Assembly (NCBI RefSeq): GCF_006345805.1 | Contig: NW_021834420.1 | Coordinates: 1-48,536, forward strand | Reading direction: 5' to 3' | Length of the DNA stretch: 48,536 nucleotides | Origin: Octopus sinensis | Taxonomy: Eukaryota | Shown here: piece after piece, positions 33,815 to 45,295 of the stretch | Layout of the letters: every line of letters starts with the position of its first letter | How positions within the stretch are numbered: the first letter of the stretch is position 1 | Notes under the pieces: model-generated | Seen by the model: only the letters and a program-made list of their open reading frames with translations | Databases searched by the model: none | What the model was told of the DNA's origin: nothing | Made by a program: the position numbers and the translations under genes

Positions 33815-33870
33815 AAACTGGGTATATGCCATATTTCGGGAGTTATTGCTCCTTCATCAGCACCTAACCA
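33815..33870 (-). ncRNA. Degenerate minimal type I hammerhead ribozyme motif (Penelope-like)
   Basis: Minus strand ggtg CTGATGA a GGAG caataa CTCC c GAAA TAT ggc ATA T A ccc. Core and stems II/III are present; the 10.1-11.1 pair is mismatched and stem I is poor. Confidence 0.4.
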
Positions 33871-33971
33871 ACCTATTCATCATCCACGAATCCATTGCTT
33901 AAATAGCCACTAAATACAGCAGTGTAGCGTTACTGGATATATCCATTTACATATTAAACACATCCTTGGAA

Positions 33972-34156
33972 GTTGATTGTGTTACAGCGTTTTGTGTCCG
34001 ACACGTCAGGTGTCAACAACGAGATCGAAGATGAAATAATGGATCAACATCTGACGTCTCGGAACATCTGACGTCTCGGAACATCTGACGTCTCGGAACA
34101 TCTGACGTCTCGGAACATCTGACGTCTCGGATACAAAACGTCGTAACGAAATCAAT
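33972..34156. repeat. Imperfect ~42-bp inverted repeat with five perfect tandem 17-mers in the right arm
   Basis: (aacatctgacgtctcgg)x5 at 34046-34130; arms at 33972-34013 and 34115-34156. Confidence 0.92.
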
Positions 34157-34228
34157 GCTGGCTCAAATTTCAATAGAAATCTGTAGAGATGATTTTAACA
34201 CGTGATTTAAGAGCTTTGCTAACACAGT

Positions 34229-34529
34229 TTGTTCCTTTCTTCTCGAACCATGCCTGGCTCATTAGGGTCGGTTTCCCGGTTTCCTTGGCGTATAGGTTCC
34301 CCACCTGGACGGGACGCCGGTCCGTCGCAGGTGAGCTGCAAGATGCAGAGGAAAGAGTAAGAGAAAGTTATGGCGAAAGCGTCAGCAGAAGTTCGCCATT
34401 AACTTCAGCCGGAGCCGCGTGAAGCTTAGGTGTTTCGCTCATTAACACACATCGCCCGGTCTGAGATTCGAACCAACAATCCCTCGACCGCGTGTCCGCT
34501 GCTCTAACCACTAGGCCATGTGCCTCCAC
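34229..34529 (-). mobile_element. Full-length SINE family C, tail type C3 (V-domain-like), 12-bp TSD
   Basis: TSD tgctaacacagt at 34217-34228 and 34530-34541. Minus-strand head gtggaggcacatggcctagtggttagagc, B-box ggttcgaatc, tail ctgcgacggaccggcgtcccgtccagg. Confidence 0.9.
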
Positions 34530-34554
34530 TGCTAACACAGTGGTACACGGTATC

Positions 34555-34722
34555 GGGTAAGTCGATTACATCGATCCCAGTTCTCAACTGGTACTTATTT
34601 TATCGACTCGAAAGGATGAAAGGCAAAGCCGACCTCGGCGGAATTTGAATTCAGAATGTAAAGACGGGCGAAACGTCGCTAAGTATTTTGCCCGACGTGC
34701 AAACGATTCTGCCAGCACGCCG
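34555..34722 (-). mobile_element. SINE family A
   Basis: gtaagtcgattacatcgatcccag...ggatgaaaggcaaagccgacctcggcggaatttgaa...ttctgccagcacgccg. Confidence 0.88.
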
Positions 34723-34993
34723 TTTTATATCTTACATATATTGAAGACTAATTTTACTAGCATTGCAGCGGTTGCTTGTCAGTGACTAGCGCGCAGATAG
34801 TACGACGAAAATTTTAACACCAAATTATAGATGGTTTAACATATGTATTCCACGCTGTAATTGTTTTAGCTTCAATACATGCTCTCAGATCAAATGACTT
34901 GCCTGACAAGTATATCTCCGAAATTTCACTATCGTTTTTCTAAGTGGATGATATTCCTGAGCAATTCGATTTCTAAATAATTCAATTTACTAT

Positions 34994-34995
<2 letters not shown>

Positions 34996-35080
<85 letters not shown>

Positions 35081-35090
35081 ACACACACAT

Positions 35091-35147
<57 letters not shown>

Positions 35148-35150
35148 TAC
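34996..35150. repeat. Long (CA)n microsatellite
   Basis: Direct reading. Confidence 0.97.
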
Positions 35151-35823
35151 ACTTATTGGCCTGTTAGCTCTCTTTTAAAACACAAATATCTAACGAAATG
35201 TCTGTTCATAAACGCAGGCAACATAAAAATCAAAAACTAAAAGAAACACGGTGAAGGCCATGCTTCACTAATGAGGTCACAATAAGTCGAAAACATGCCT
35301 GAAGTTATCTGGAACTGGGGGGGGGGACTATTCATTAATTGATGTTGTTTTTTCTTTTCCTTCTACTTTTTTTTTCCTCGCTTGGCGCATATTTATTTCT
35401 AAATAAGCTTTTTAACGTTTCACCTATTAAATAAATTAACACTAACTTAGAAAATAATAAATTTAGTTCAGGATGTTGAAATGCCAATCTGACCTTCGCG
35501 TCGACTGTTGGCAGTATTTGTAGAGATAAAGGCTAGTGTAAGCTAGATATGCGCTACCCTACATTGCTCACACCCCTAACACTGTGTGCACATCCTTTAA
35601 TTAAGTAAAGGTCAAACTGTTCACTTCAATATAAAGCTAAATGCAACCTTTACAACTTCTGTTACTGTTCTGTATGTGTTGTTGTTGTTGCTGTTGTTGT
35701 TGAGTGCCTATGATACCCAAACGCAGCTGTCACCAGAGCAGATTATATCTTGTACATGTGTATGGGTGAGACAAATAGTGTGTCCGGCTATGCCTATATG
35801 CCTATGCGCATATATATATATAT

Positions 35824-35829
<6 letters not shown>

Positions 35830-35860
<31 letters not shown>

Positions 35861-36297
35861 ATAAATACGTACATACACACATATATAGACATACATATAT
35901 GTACACACACATACATGCATAGATGTATATTTGTATGTATGCGTGTGTATGTGCATTTGTGCGTGCGCGTGTGTGTGTGCATGTGTGTATGTGTATGCGT
36001 ATGTGTATGTCTGTGTGTATGTGTATGCTTGTGTATTTGTATATGATGGTTGAGAAGGCCATGTGTATGCGCATATACATACGTACATACATACATACAT
36101 ACATATATAGATATACATATATGTACACACACACATACATGCATAGATGTATATTTATATGTATGCGTGTGTATGTGCATTTGTGCGTGTGTGTGTGCAT
36201 GTGTGTACATGTAAGTGTGTGTGCATATAAGTGTATGCGTATGTGTATGTCTGTGTGTATGCGTGTGTGTTTGTACATGATGGTTGAGAAGGCCATG
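35830..36297. repeat. Diverged tandem duplication of a ~234-bp microsatellite-rich unit
   Basis: Both units end in atgatggttgagaaggccatg (36043-36063 and 36277-36297). Confidence 0.9.
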
Positions 36298-36502
36298 TTG
36301 ATGACTAAAATAGTTCCAACAGGAGTATGTTTCACTAATGTGTCACTTCACAGTTCAAAATACCAAAAACTGACAACGACTGATTGATATTCTCTTTTAT
36401 ATACTCGCAATGCTGCCATTGTTTTTTAACCCTAGGTCAGCCACTATCCACTAAATTTAGAATAAAGGTATTCCAGTCATGACCATCATGTACATATATT
36501 TA

Positions 36503-36553
36503 GGGGTAGCTATGTGGTAACAAGCTCGCTTTCTAACCAGTGTTCCGGGTTCA
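36503..36553 (+). mobile_element. SINE family B head fragment
   Basis: ggggtagctatgtggtaacaagctcgctttctaaccagtgttccgggttca. Confidence 0.65.
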
Positions 36554-36669
36554 TACATACATACATACATACATACATACATGCATGCATCCATGCATGC
36601 ATACATACATACATACATACATACGTACATACATACATGCATCCATGCATGCATACATACATACATACA

Positions 36670-36817
36670 ACGGACTTCCTTCGGTTTCCGTCTACCAAAT
36701 CCACTCACAAAGCTTTGGCTGGCCCGAGGCTGTAATAGAAGATACTTGCCTAAGGTATCACTCAGTGGAACTGAACCCCGAACGATGTGGTTGGAAAGCA
36801 AGCTTCTTACCATAAAG

Positions 36818-36821
<4 letters not shown>
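36670..36821 (-). mobile_element. SINE family B 5' half
   Basis: ggtttccgtctaccaaatccactcacaaagctttgg...ggttggaaagcaagcttcttaccataaagccac. Confidence 0.85.
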
Positions 36822-36907
<86 letters not shown>

Positions 36908-37444
36908 AACAAACAAACTCATTTTTTTAGGCAAGTCCTACTAGAACTATTTTTATATCACAGGAGTAATAAGAGTGGTATTTAGCTGTTATTTCTGGCA
37001 GGTCTCGCAACCTCATATACAAACATTTGCTTTGAGCTCCTATAAAAAGTGATCGCATCACTAACTGCCATGAAATCAATCACCATCACACATCGCTGTG
37101 TCTTCTCTCTAAGTCTTCCACTTCTACTAACGCGGCCTTTGTTCTTCGGGGCTGGCATGTTGGTCTCATAATACCCTCTTTCAAACATGCCTTCTTCCCT
37201 TCTCGTTACCCATATTATTGTTTACCTGCCCCATCCTCACTAACCACTGCGCCTAATCCTTCTTCCCTTGAACACAAGCCCTTTAGTATTCCCTCCAGCA
37301 GTTTTCATTAACACACCGATCTCACCTGTTCTCAGAGGTCGCAGTCACAAATTCCTCTTTCTTCGCGCAAAACCAACATCCACACCATAAACACGGTTAA
37401 GTTTCCAAAACAAATCAAAATGTATACAACGTGTGCGTGAGTGT

Positions 37445-37501
<57 letters not shown>

Positions 37502-37702
37502 GTACTTTCACTTTCTTCCCCGTGATATTCAATCGTGAATTTTATAACGTTTAGTGCATGTTCCAAATAAATGTTGTCTTCTGTACTTTGTTACATTGGT
37601 GACTTTCCACATTTTTTATAGCATGACTATGCTACAGAAAGTATGTTTTGCACCTGTATTGACTACATTTCGTTTCTCTTGAACTTATGTATGTATATAA
37701 TG

Positions 37703-37913
37703 TGAGAGAGAGAGGGGGAAGAGTGAGAGAGAGAGAGAGGAGGAAGAGTGAGAGAGAGGGGGAAGAGTGAGAGAGAGAGGGGAGAAGAGTGAGAGAGAGG
37801 AGAAGAGTGACAGAGAGAGAGGGGAGAAGAGTGAGAGAGAGGAGAAGAGTGACAGAGAGAGAGGGGGAAGAGTGAGAGAGACAGGGAGAAGAGTGAAAGA
37901 GAGAGAGAGAGAA
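37703..37913. repeat. Polypurine minisatellite (variants of gagagagaggggaagagtga)
   Basis: Direct reading; about 10 variable-length units. Confidence 0.9.
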
Positions 37914-38391
37914 CTTCAAATGTACACCAACATGAACTAGTGCAGAACTATTAAGCAACGTCTTTGATTATAAGCCTGAGCTGAGTTGACCTGGCGCTAA
38001 ATAACGCCCAAATTCTTGTGCTGACAATGTTAGTGATAATCCGTCTCTCAGTTAAGGGGCTGCAGGTTCGTATCTCATCACTGACTCAATCTCATCTTTA
38101 TAGGTGGGACGCTTTAAATAGCTGTTGGTTCTACATAACCATTTGACTGTTAACTAGTACCAAAGTATGTAGGAACCACTCGTTCGTTCAGTTAGCAGGA
38201 GTAACACTGCACAACCAAGCTGCGTATACTCGCAATACGGAAACTGAGTCCTTCTAGTTGACCTGGAGACAACTTCAGTACGCCATTTTAAACTGGAATC
38301 TAGATTAATTTCATTCACTCTGTTGTAGGATACCTACCTTGTAAAAAAAAAAACTAAAGGCACCAATGTTTAGAAAGCAAAGGTTCCGACA

Positions 38392-38756
38392 TCTCTCTCT
38401 ATATATAAACGGCAAAATGTCTGTCTGTGTATGTGTCCTTTATACAAATCCACAATTTCTCAGTTAGAGGGCTCGCACTTTCTATGGTCATTCAAGACCG
38501 TCCAAGGGTGGTCGTGCACATCTTTCCCCAGTCACTCGGCAAAACCATTAAAAAATCAATAGAAGTGGCTTTTTTTGTGAATTTTCTATCCAAAACCCAA
38601 TCAAAATGCCTAAAACTTGATACGCCAATTGAATGCCAGCTAGCTGTATGTGATTGGTCGGAGATTTGGACAGTACTCGCGTGTATGTGCGCACGCACGC
38701 AGCTGTATATGCAAGCACTAGCACTATGACCCGACGTTGCCGGGTCATAGTGCTAG
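38392..38756 (+). mobile_element. Complete Helitron-like element family H1 with a 17-bp terminal palindrome
   Basis: A|TCtctctctatatataaacggc...actagcactatgacccg-acgttgc-cgggtcatagtgCTAG|T. Confidence 0.92.
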
Positions 38757-39082
38757 TAAAGAAATAAGCTATCAGGTGTAAAGATCTAAAGGAACCAGAG
38801 TAAAGGAAATGAGAGGTACCATACATGAAATAATAAGGTACGAGACTTAATGTTTTAAAGGAACCAGAGTAGGAGAAATCAAAAGCAGCAGATTTGGAGA
38901 AACTAAAGGTAGCACTTCTTTTCTTCTGGCATAAATAAATGGGTTAATAGAGAAATTAGAGATATTTTTACAAATTTTGATTGTAAGTTTCTTTCAGGTA
39001 TAATCTTCTATGTCACAGAATATTAATTTGGAAGAAAGCTGTAGATGATTGGATACGAAAATGGTGAGAATTTTAAAGAGAA

Positions 39083-39442
39083 CTAGCACTATGACCCGGT
39101 GTTGCCGGGTGATAGTGTTAGTGCATGCATATACAGCTGCGTGCTCGCGCACATACACGAGTACTGTCCAAATCTCCGACCAATCACATACAGCTAGCTG
39201 GCATTCAATTGGCGTATCAAGTTTCGGGCATTTTGATTGGGTTTTGGATAGAAAATTCAGAAAAAAGTCACTTTTATTGATTTTTTAATGGTATTGCAGG
39301 GTAACTGGGGAAATGTAAAGATGTGCACGACCACCCTTGGACGGTTTTGAATGACCATAGAAAGTGCGAGCCCTCTAATTGTGGATTTGTATAAAGGACA
39401 CACACACATAGACAGACATTTTGCCATTTATGTATATAGAGA
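39083..39442 (-). mobile_element. Complete Helitron-like element family H1
   Basis: Minus strand A|TCtctatatacataaatggc...cccggcaacaccgggtcatagtgCTAG|T. Confidence 0.92.
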
Positions 39443-40976
39443 TGAGGAAGGGGATTGTAAAATTCATGTCCTTTTCAACAGTAGTATAAGTTGTTTTTGT
39501 TGCTTAGCAGCAGATCTGCCTTGAACCTTCGTGTGTATAGTAGAAGGCATTTCAGCCATAATTATCTCGTCCTTCATTTAGAGCTAGAAAATATTTCAAC
39601 CCTCATCAACTACTTACTCGGCAAAGATCAGATGAACCTCACGATTGAGGGCTTCTGCCACACACGCACGCACGCACACACACACACACACACCCACAAA
39701 CACACACACACACACACACACACACCACACACACAACACACACACACACACAAAGTTCCATCATAGGGACGGGAAAAGGACACGAGATGATTGGAGAGAA
39801 AGAGAAAGAAAAACAGGTTTTGCTCATACATGACGCTTAAAATGTAATTAAAGTAATGTTTGTATTAGTTTTTTAAAGGTTTCATTATAATTTTAGATTA
39901 ATCCAAAATGTATGTTGAGGGTTTCAGTAACATATACAGATATACTTAGCCATAATTTTGTACAAGATCGTGTCGTCATTATGAACAAATCATATATTGA
40001 TAGCTACAAGCGACTTACAGTCGCATTTCTCTAATTATTATCGCCATTACTTGGGCTATCTGAATAATGCATGTAACATTGGGCACTTTTTCCGAACTAT
40101 GATTCTGTTTTATTTTTTATATTTTACTGCTATTTTGTTTCCTCTCAGTTTATTTCCGTTGACCGTTATTTTTGGTAGCTCCACTAGACGTTGTACATCA
40201 TAAGAAGAATAAAGAGAAATAGGTCGGGCTTTGCTTTTACTGAAGAGACAGACATTATGGCTACAGAAAAGTATAGATTACACATTTTTCTTTATAAGTA
40301 CACATTCATAAAGCATCTTCGTCCATACACACATACATATACACAAACACATAGACATGAACACACATGCGTATACCCATATTCATCCACAGATATATAT
40401 ACTAGTTTAGTAACGTATACATATACACAAACACACCTACATGCATACGCAGACGGAAACCCTGATAGCAAATATATTGTGTCCATTTATTTATTTATTT
40501 GTTGTTTTAGAAAATAACCAGAGAATTCTCCTAACTTATCCCATGATATGACACGCTATATTCTGGTATTTCCAAAAGTCAAAAACATACACACTAGTCT
40601 TTGGCTTGTGCTGTATATTTTCTTAGTTTATATATTCCATTCTTTCTCTTCTCTGTCTCTCCCCACCTCTCTCTTTGTATATGTATATGTACGGGCACAC
40701 ACACACACACACACACACACACACCACACACACACATACAACATGCCAAAGAACAACATAAATGTTTTTGTTTCCGAAGAGACTAAAATACTCCGCCCTG
40801 TTAATATTATATACTCTCGCATTAATTAGATTTACCATTTCCAGAATATTCTGTTTAGTTTCCACTGCAATATATACTCTCTAAATATTTGGAGACACAA
40901 CTGTTTTGATATTATTGCATCTCCTCAGTACAAGGCATTTGGAAGTCTAAAAGTTAATATTACATTTTGTAAGTAG

Positions 40977-41153
40977 TGCGGCGAGCTGGCCGAATCTTTA
41001 CGTTCTGAGGTCAAATATCGCTGAGGAAGAAGACTTCAGTTGAATTATTTCAGGGTCAATAGAATAAGTACCAGTTGAGCACCGGTGTCGCTGTAATCGA
41101 CTTACTCCCTCTCTCGAACTTACTGGCTTTGTACTAAAATTTGAAACCTCTAT
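40977..41153 (+). mobile_element. Diverged SINE family A2 with internal deletion
   Basis: gcggcgagctggccgaatc...aataagtaccagttgagcacc...taatcgacttactccc...aaaatttgaaacc. Confidence 0.75.
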
Positions 41154-41510
41154 TTTAATTAATGCGAGTTGAAAAGAGTAAAGTAGAAAATGAACAATGA
41201 TTTTGCATGTTGATTGAAATATTTAATAAATGTATTGGATAAAGATTAACCTAATTCATAATTCATTTTAATTGAGGAAGAGGAGATGATAAATTAACAT
41301 TGTAAAATAATTAGCTCAAACTAATACAGTGTGTGTGTGTGTGTGTGTTGCATGTGGTTGTGTTATCGGAGGATTAATATATAAAAATCAAGTTTTTGTG
41401 TATTCTTTAGGTATGAATTGTAGTGAGCAAATTGGGTGAATTTGTCCGGCCCTCTTACTATATTGTCTTTGTGTAGAGACAGAGAAACATATAGTAATGT
41501 CTTCTTATTT

Positions 41511-41855
41511 TGTGAAGGCGCATGGCTCAGTGGTTGGAGCGTCGAGCTTACGATCGTGAGATTGTGAGTTCTATTCCCGGACTGGGCTGCGTGTTGTGTT
41601 CTTGAGCAAGACACTTTATTTCACGTTGCTCCAGTTCACTCAGCTGTAGAAATGAGATGCGACATACTGCTGCCAAGCTGTATCGGCCCCTTTGCCTTTC
41701 CCTTGGATAACACCAGTGGTGTGAAGAGGGGAGGCTGGTGTGCATGGGCGACTGCTGGCTTTCCGTAAACAACCTTGCCCGGACCTGTGCCTCGGAGGGT
41801 AACATTCTAGGTGCAATCCCATGGTCATTCATGACCGAAGAGTGTCTCCTCCTCT
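41511..41855 (+). mobile_element. Full-length SINE family D, tRNA-Arg(ACG)-like head, 11-bp TSD
   Basis: A-box tggctcagtgg, B-box-like gagttctattcc; TSD tcttcttattt at 41500-41510 and 41856-41866. Confidence 0.92.
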
Positions 41856-42744
41856 TCTTCTTATTTAAATAACTAGCTGTTTATCACATTGTGGTTATAA
41901 ACGTTTATTGTCCTGCGTTTGTACTTCCAAGTTTATCTATAATCATGAACTCTTGATTTACGTCTGTGATATCTCTTGAACAACACTAACCTATACTTTA
42001 TCGATCTCTCTTGCAATAAATTAGTTATATATGTTTGCGTGTACAATGTGAAGTTTTATTTTATTATTATTATATTTTTTTTGTAATTCATAATTATTAA
42101 TTTTTTTCGATATCTTTTCGTAATATCCCGTTTTCACCATATATGAATATAACTGCTGTTAATTTTAATCAATCATGAAATTTTGATATTTTTCAATTTT
42201 TTTTTTTTTTTTTTAGTATTATCATTATTTACCGACCACCTCGCCACAAGTTAATTTGCTCTGTGTCGCGAGTGATTTCAATAATGAGAGATAGTGGTGG
42301 GAGGGCACTTTTTTAATTTTTAAACCGTTTCAAATATTGAATTTCTGCTTAATTTATACCTTAAATATTTTTTTGTTTCAAGTTAATTAGCTTTGAAATA
42401 TAATACCTGTGTTAATTTAAAATTTATTTTATCATATAAAACTTTTGCATAATTACGTGAAATATTTTGATAGCTTCCATCCCTTGAATACCCATTTTTG
42501 CGAAAGTTCTTACTGACCCCCTGCATTGAACGGAATAGGAAATTCCCTGGTGTTCAATTCTCTCTCTTACTTTGAAGATTTCCCATTTGAATCTGTAATT
42601 TCCTGGCTGCTAAACTACAATCGACTGTTTAATTTTACAATCTCACAACAGCATATATGTTCACCCTTCTTTTAAACTTATTTACGTTTTTTATTTTCAT
42701 TTTCATTTTCAACACCAAAGCTTTCGTTGTATAATGTTGTTATT

Positions 42745-42962
42745 TACTCTTTACTCTTTACTCTTTTACTTGTTTCAGTCATTTGACTGCGGCCATGCTG
42801 GAGCACCGCCTTTAGTCGAGCAAATCGACCCCGGAACATATTCTTTGTAAGCCCAGTACTTATTCTATCGATCACTTTTTGCCAAACCGCTAGGTGACGG
42901 GGACATGAACACAACAGCATCGGTTGTCAAGCAATGCTAGGGGGACAAACACAGACACACAA

Positions 42963-42993
<31 letters not shown>

Positions 42994-43165
42994 CATATAT
43001 ACGACAGGCTTCTTTCAGTTTCCGTCTACCAAATCCACTCACAAGGCATTGGTCGGCCCGGGGCTATAGCAGAAGACACTTGCCCAAGATGCCACGCAGT
43101 GGGACTGAACCCGGAACCATGTGGTTGGTTAGCAAGCTACTTACCACACAGCCACTCCTGCGCCT
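42745..43165 (-). mobile_element. Full-length SINE family B
   Basis: Minus strand ggcgcaggagtggctgtgtggtaagtagc...gggttcagtcc...internal (TA)(GT)...gactgaaacaagtaaaagagtaaagagta. Confidence 0.93.
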
Positions 43166-43405
43166 GATGTTATGATGTTATGTATTTATTTGTTTATTTT
43201 TGTTTTCAGTTATAGAAGACTTCAAATATGGCATCCCACCACAGTTACAGTCCCGTGACTAACACTTATAACAAAGTATGTATATATGTATAATACATAC
43301 ATACATGTACATATGCATGCATACATACATGCAGTTAACTTTTCGTGTATGTATGTGTGAGTATGTGTATGTGTGTGTTTGTGTGTGTGTATAAGTGAAA
43401 TATCT

Positions 43406-43586
43406 ATTTCTTTACTACCCACAAGGGGCTAAACACAGAAAGGACAAACAAGGACAGACAAACGGATTAAGTCGATTATATCGATCCCAGTGCGTAACTG
43501 GTACTTATTTAATCGACCCCGAAAGGATGAAAGGCCAAGTCGACTTCGGCGGAATTTGAACTCAGAACGTAAAGGCAGACGAAATA
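43406..43586 (-). mobile_element. SINE family A1, 5'-truncated, 17-bp TSD
   Basis: TSD gtataagtgaaatatct at 43389-43405 and 43587-43603. Confidence 0.93.
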
Positions 43587-43680
43587 GTATAAGTGAAATA
43601 TCTTTAATTGGAATTCTGGGCTGACTAATGACTTGTGAATGAATATAATACACGCAAATTGTCATCCACATACACACACA

Positions 43681-43735
<55 letters not shown>

Positions 43736-43738
43736 TCA

Positions 43739-43777
<39 letters not shown>

Positions 43778-44037
43778 CACACACATACATACATACATTT
43801 TGGCATTGAAAATTAACCTGGGTTTAAAACGAATTGTAGTTTTTATTTTAATCTTTTAAAACTTATTCAAATACCAACATCGTTTTTGTTGTTTTTCAGT
43901 GGTAAATATAAAACAGAATAAAGAACATTAGAATTCGAAAGGAAAAGAGAATGCAGAAGAAACGTTGTGTAACGATAAAACATGCTAAAGATAAAATGTT
44001 CCGTAGGTTTCGTAGCTAAATTAGAAGATCAAAATTC

Positions 44038-44458
44038 GGATCTTTTCGGTTTGAACGGCAGTTTTTTCTAGCGGTGTCATATGAAATTGTCACCCATAAT
44101 TATGACCCTAGTATCGATCTATTGCATTTCAATCTGTTTTAGGGTTAGGGTTAGAGATGGGGGAAGGGTATCTTTTTTTTCTTCACAAATGTAAATAAAC
44201 CCAATCTGTTTCTCAAACGAGGGACATATTCATACGGCACGGAATGTTTTTTTTTACCCCAATAGACGTCAGTGATTGGTTGAAATTGCAGAAATAGAAG
44301 AAAAACAACAACAAATATCTTGCAAACTATAGAATTTTCTCAAGAAAGCCAAGAGAAAAAGATGTTTTATAAACACATTCTACCAGTATACGAAGTTTAA
44401 AAGTGTTTAGTTACGTGGAAATTATTTTAAAAAACTGCCGTTCGAACCGAAAAGATCC
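44038..44458. mobile_element. Intact GGATC MITE, 30-bp TIRs, 8-bp TSD (Merlin-like)
   Basis: TIRs ggatcttttcggtttgaacggcagtttttt / aaaaaactgccgttcgaaccgaaaagatcc (1 mismatch); TSD caaaattc at 44030-44037 and 44459-44466. 5'-GG ends with an 8-bp TSD fit Merlin/IS1016; hAT is not excluded. Confidence 0.93.
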
Positions 44459-44569
44459 CAAAATTCAAGTATTCAATGAGTTACACAGTGAAAGAGAAAA
44501 GCTAAAAATCAAAAGCTCAATAAATTTTGTAGCAACAATACATGATAGAAAGTTGATTGTTTAACAGAT

Positions 44570-44973
44570 TACTCTTTTACTCTTTTAATCGTGTCAGTTA
44601 TTTGACTGAGGCCATGCTGGAGCACCGCCTTTTAGTCGAGCAAATCGACCCCAGGACTTATTCTTTGTAAGCTTAGTACTTATTCTATCGGTCTCTTTTG
44701 CCGAACCGCTAAGTTACGCGGGCGTAAACACACCAGAATCGGTTGTCAAGCGATGTTGAGTGCACAAACACAAACACACAAACACACACACACACATATA
44801 TATATACATAATATATACGACGGGCTTCTTTCAGTTTCCGCCTACCAAATCCACTCACAAGGCTTTGGTCGGCCCGAGGCTATAGTAGAAGACACTTGCC
44901 CAAGGTGCCACGCAGTGGGACTGAACCCGGAATCATGTAGCTAGTAAGCAAACTACTTACCACACAGCCACTC
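44570..44973 (-). mobile_element. Near full-length SINE family B
   Basis: Collinear with 42745-43165. Confidence 0.92.
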
Positions 44974-45295
44974 ATTAAGTTATGCTAGCAATTAGATACG
45001 AAGATTTTAATAAATAATAAAAATACTATTTACAAATCCTTTCGTTTTATGTGAAGGAGAACCAATTGCTTGAACTATGTTTCAAACAGATATTGTTCTG
45101 GTCACTTTTGTTTAAAATACGTTCCGGTCACCTATTGTTGTTTGGCAGTAGTCTGGTCCGTTGATTACGGTAACATCATTTATTTATCAAATGTTTTGGT
45201 CTCTTGTTTACTCTGAAAACCGTCCGGAGTCAGAAAAAGAAAAATAATGTCCAACGTTAATTTATATACATCACTATCTATGTTTCATATACAGG

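Noticed and set aside
34046-34130. Five direct repeats superficially like a CRISPR array
   Set aside because: The units are contiguous with no spacers, there are no cas genes, and the context is eukaryotic; this is a minisatellite.
41514-41590. tRNA-Arg-like sequence (also 24165-24240 and 34455-34529)
   Set aside because: There is no proper acceptor stem and each continues into a SINE body with tail and TSD, so these are SINE heads, not tRNA genes.
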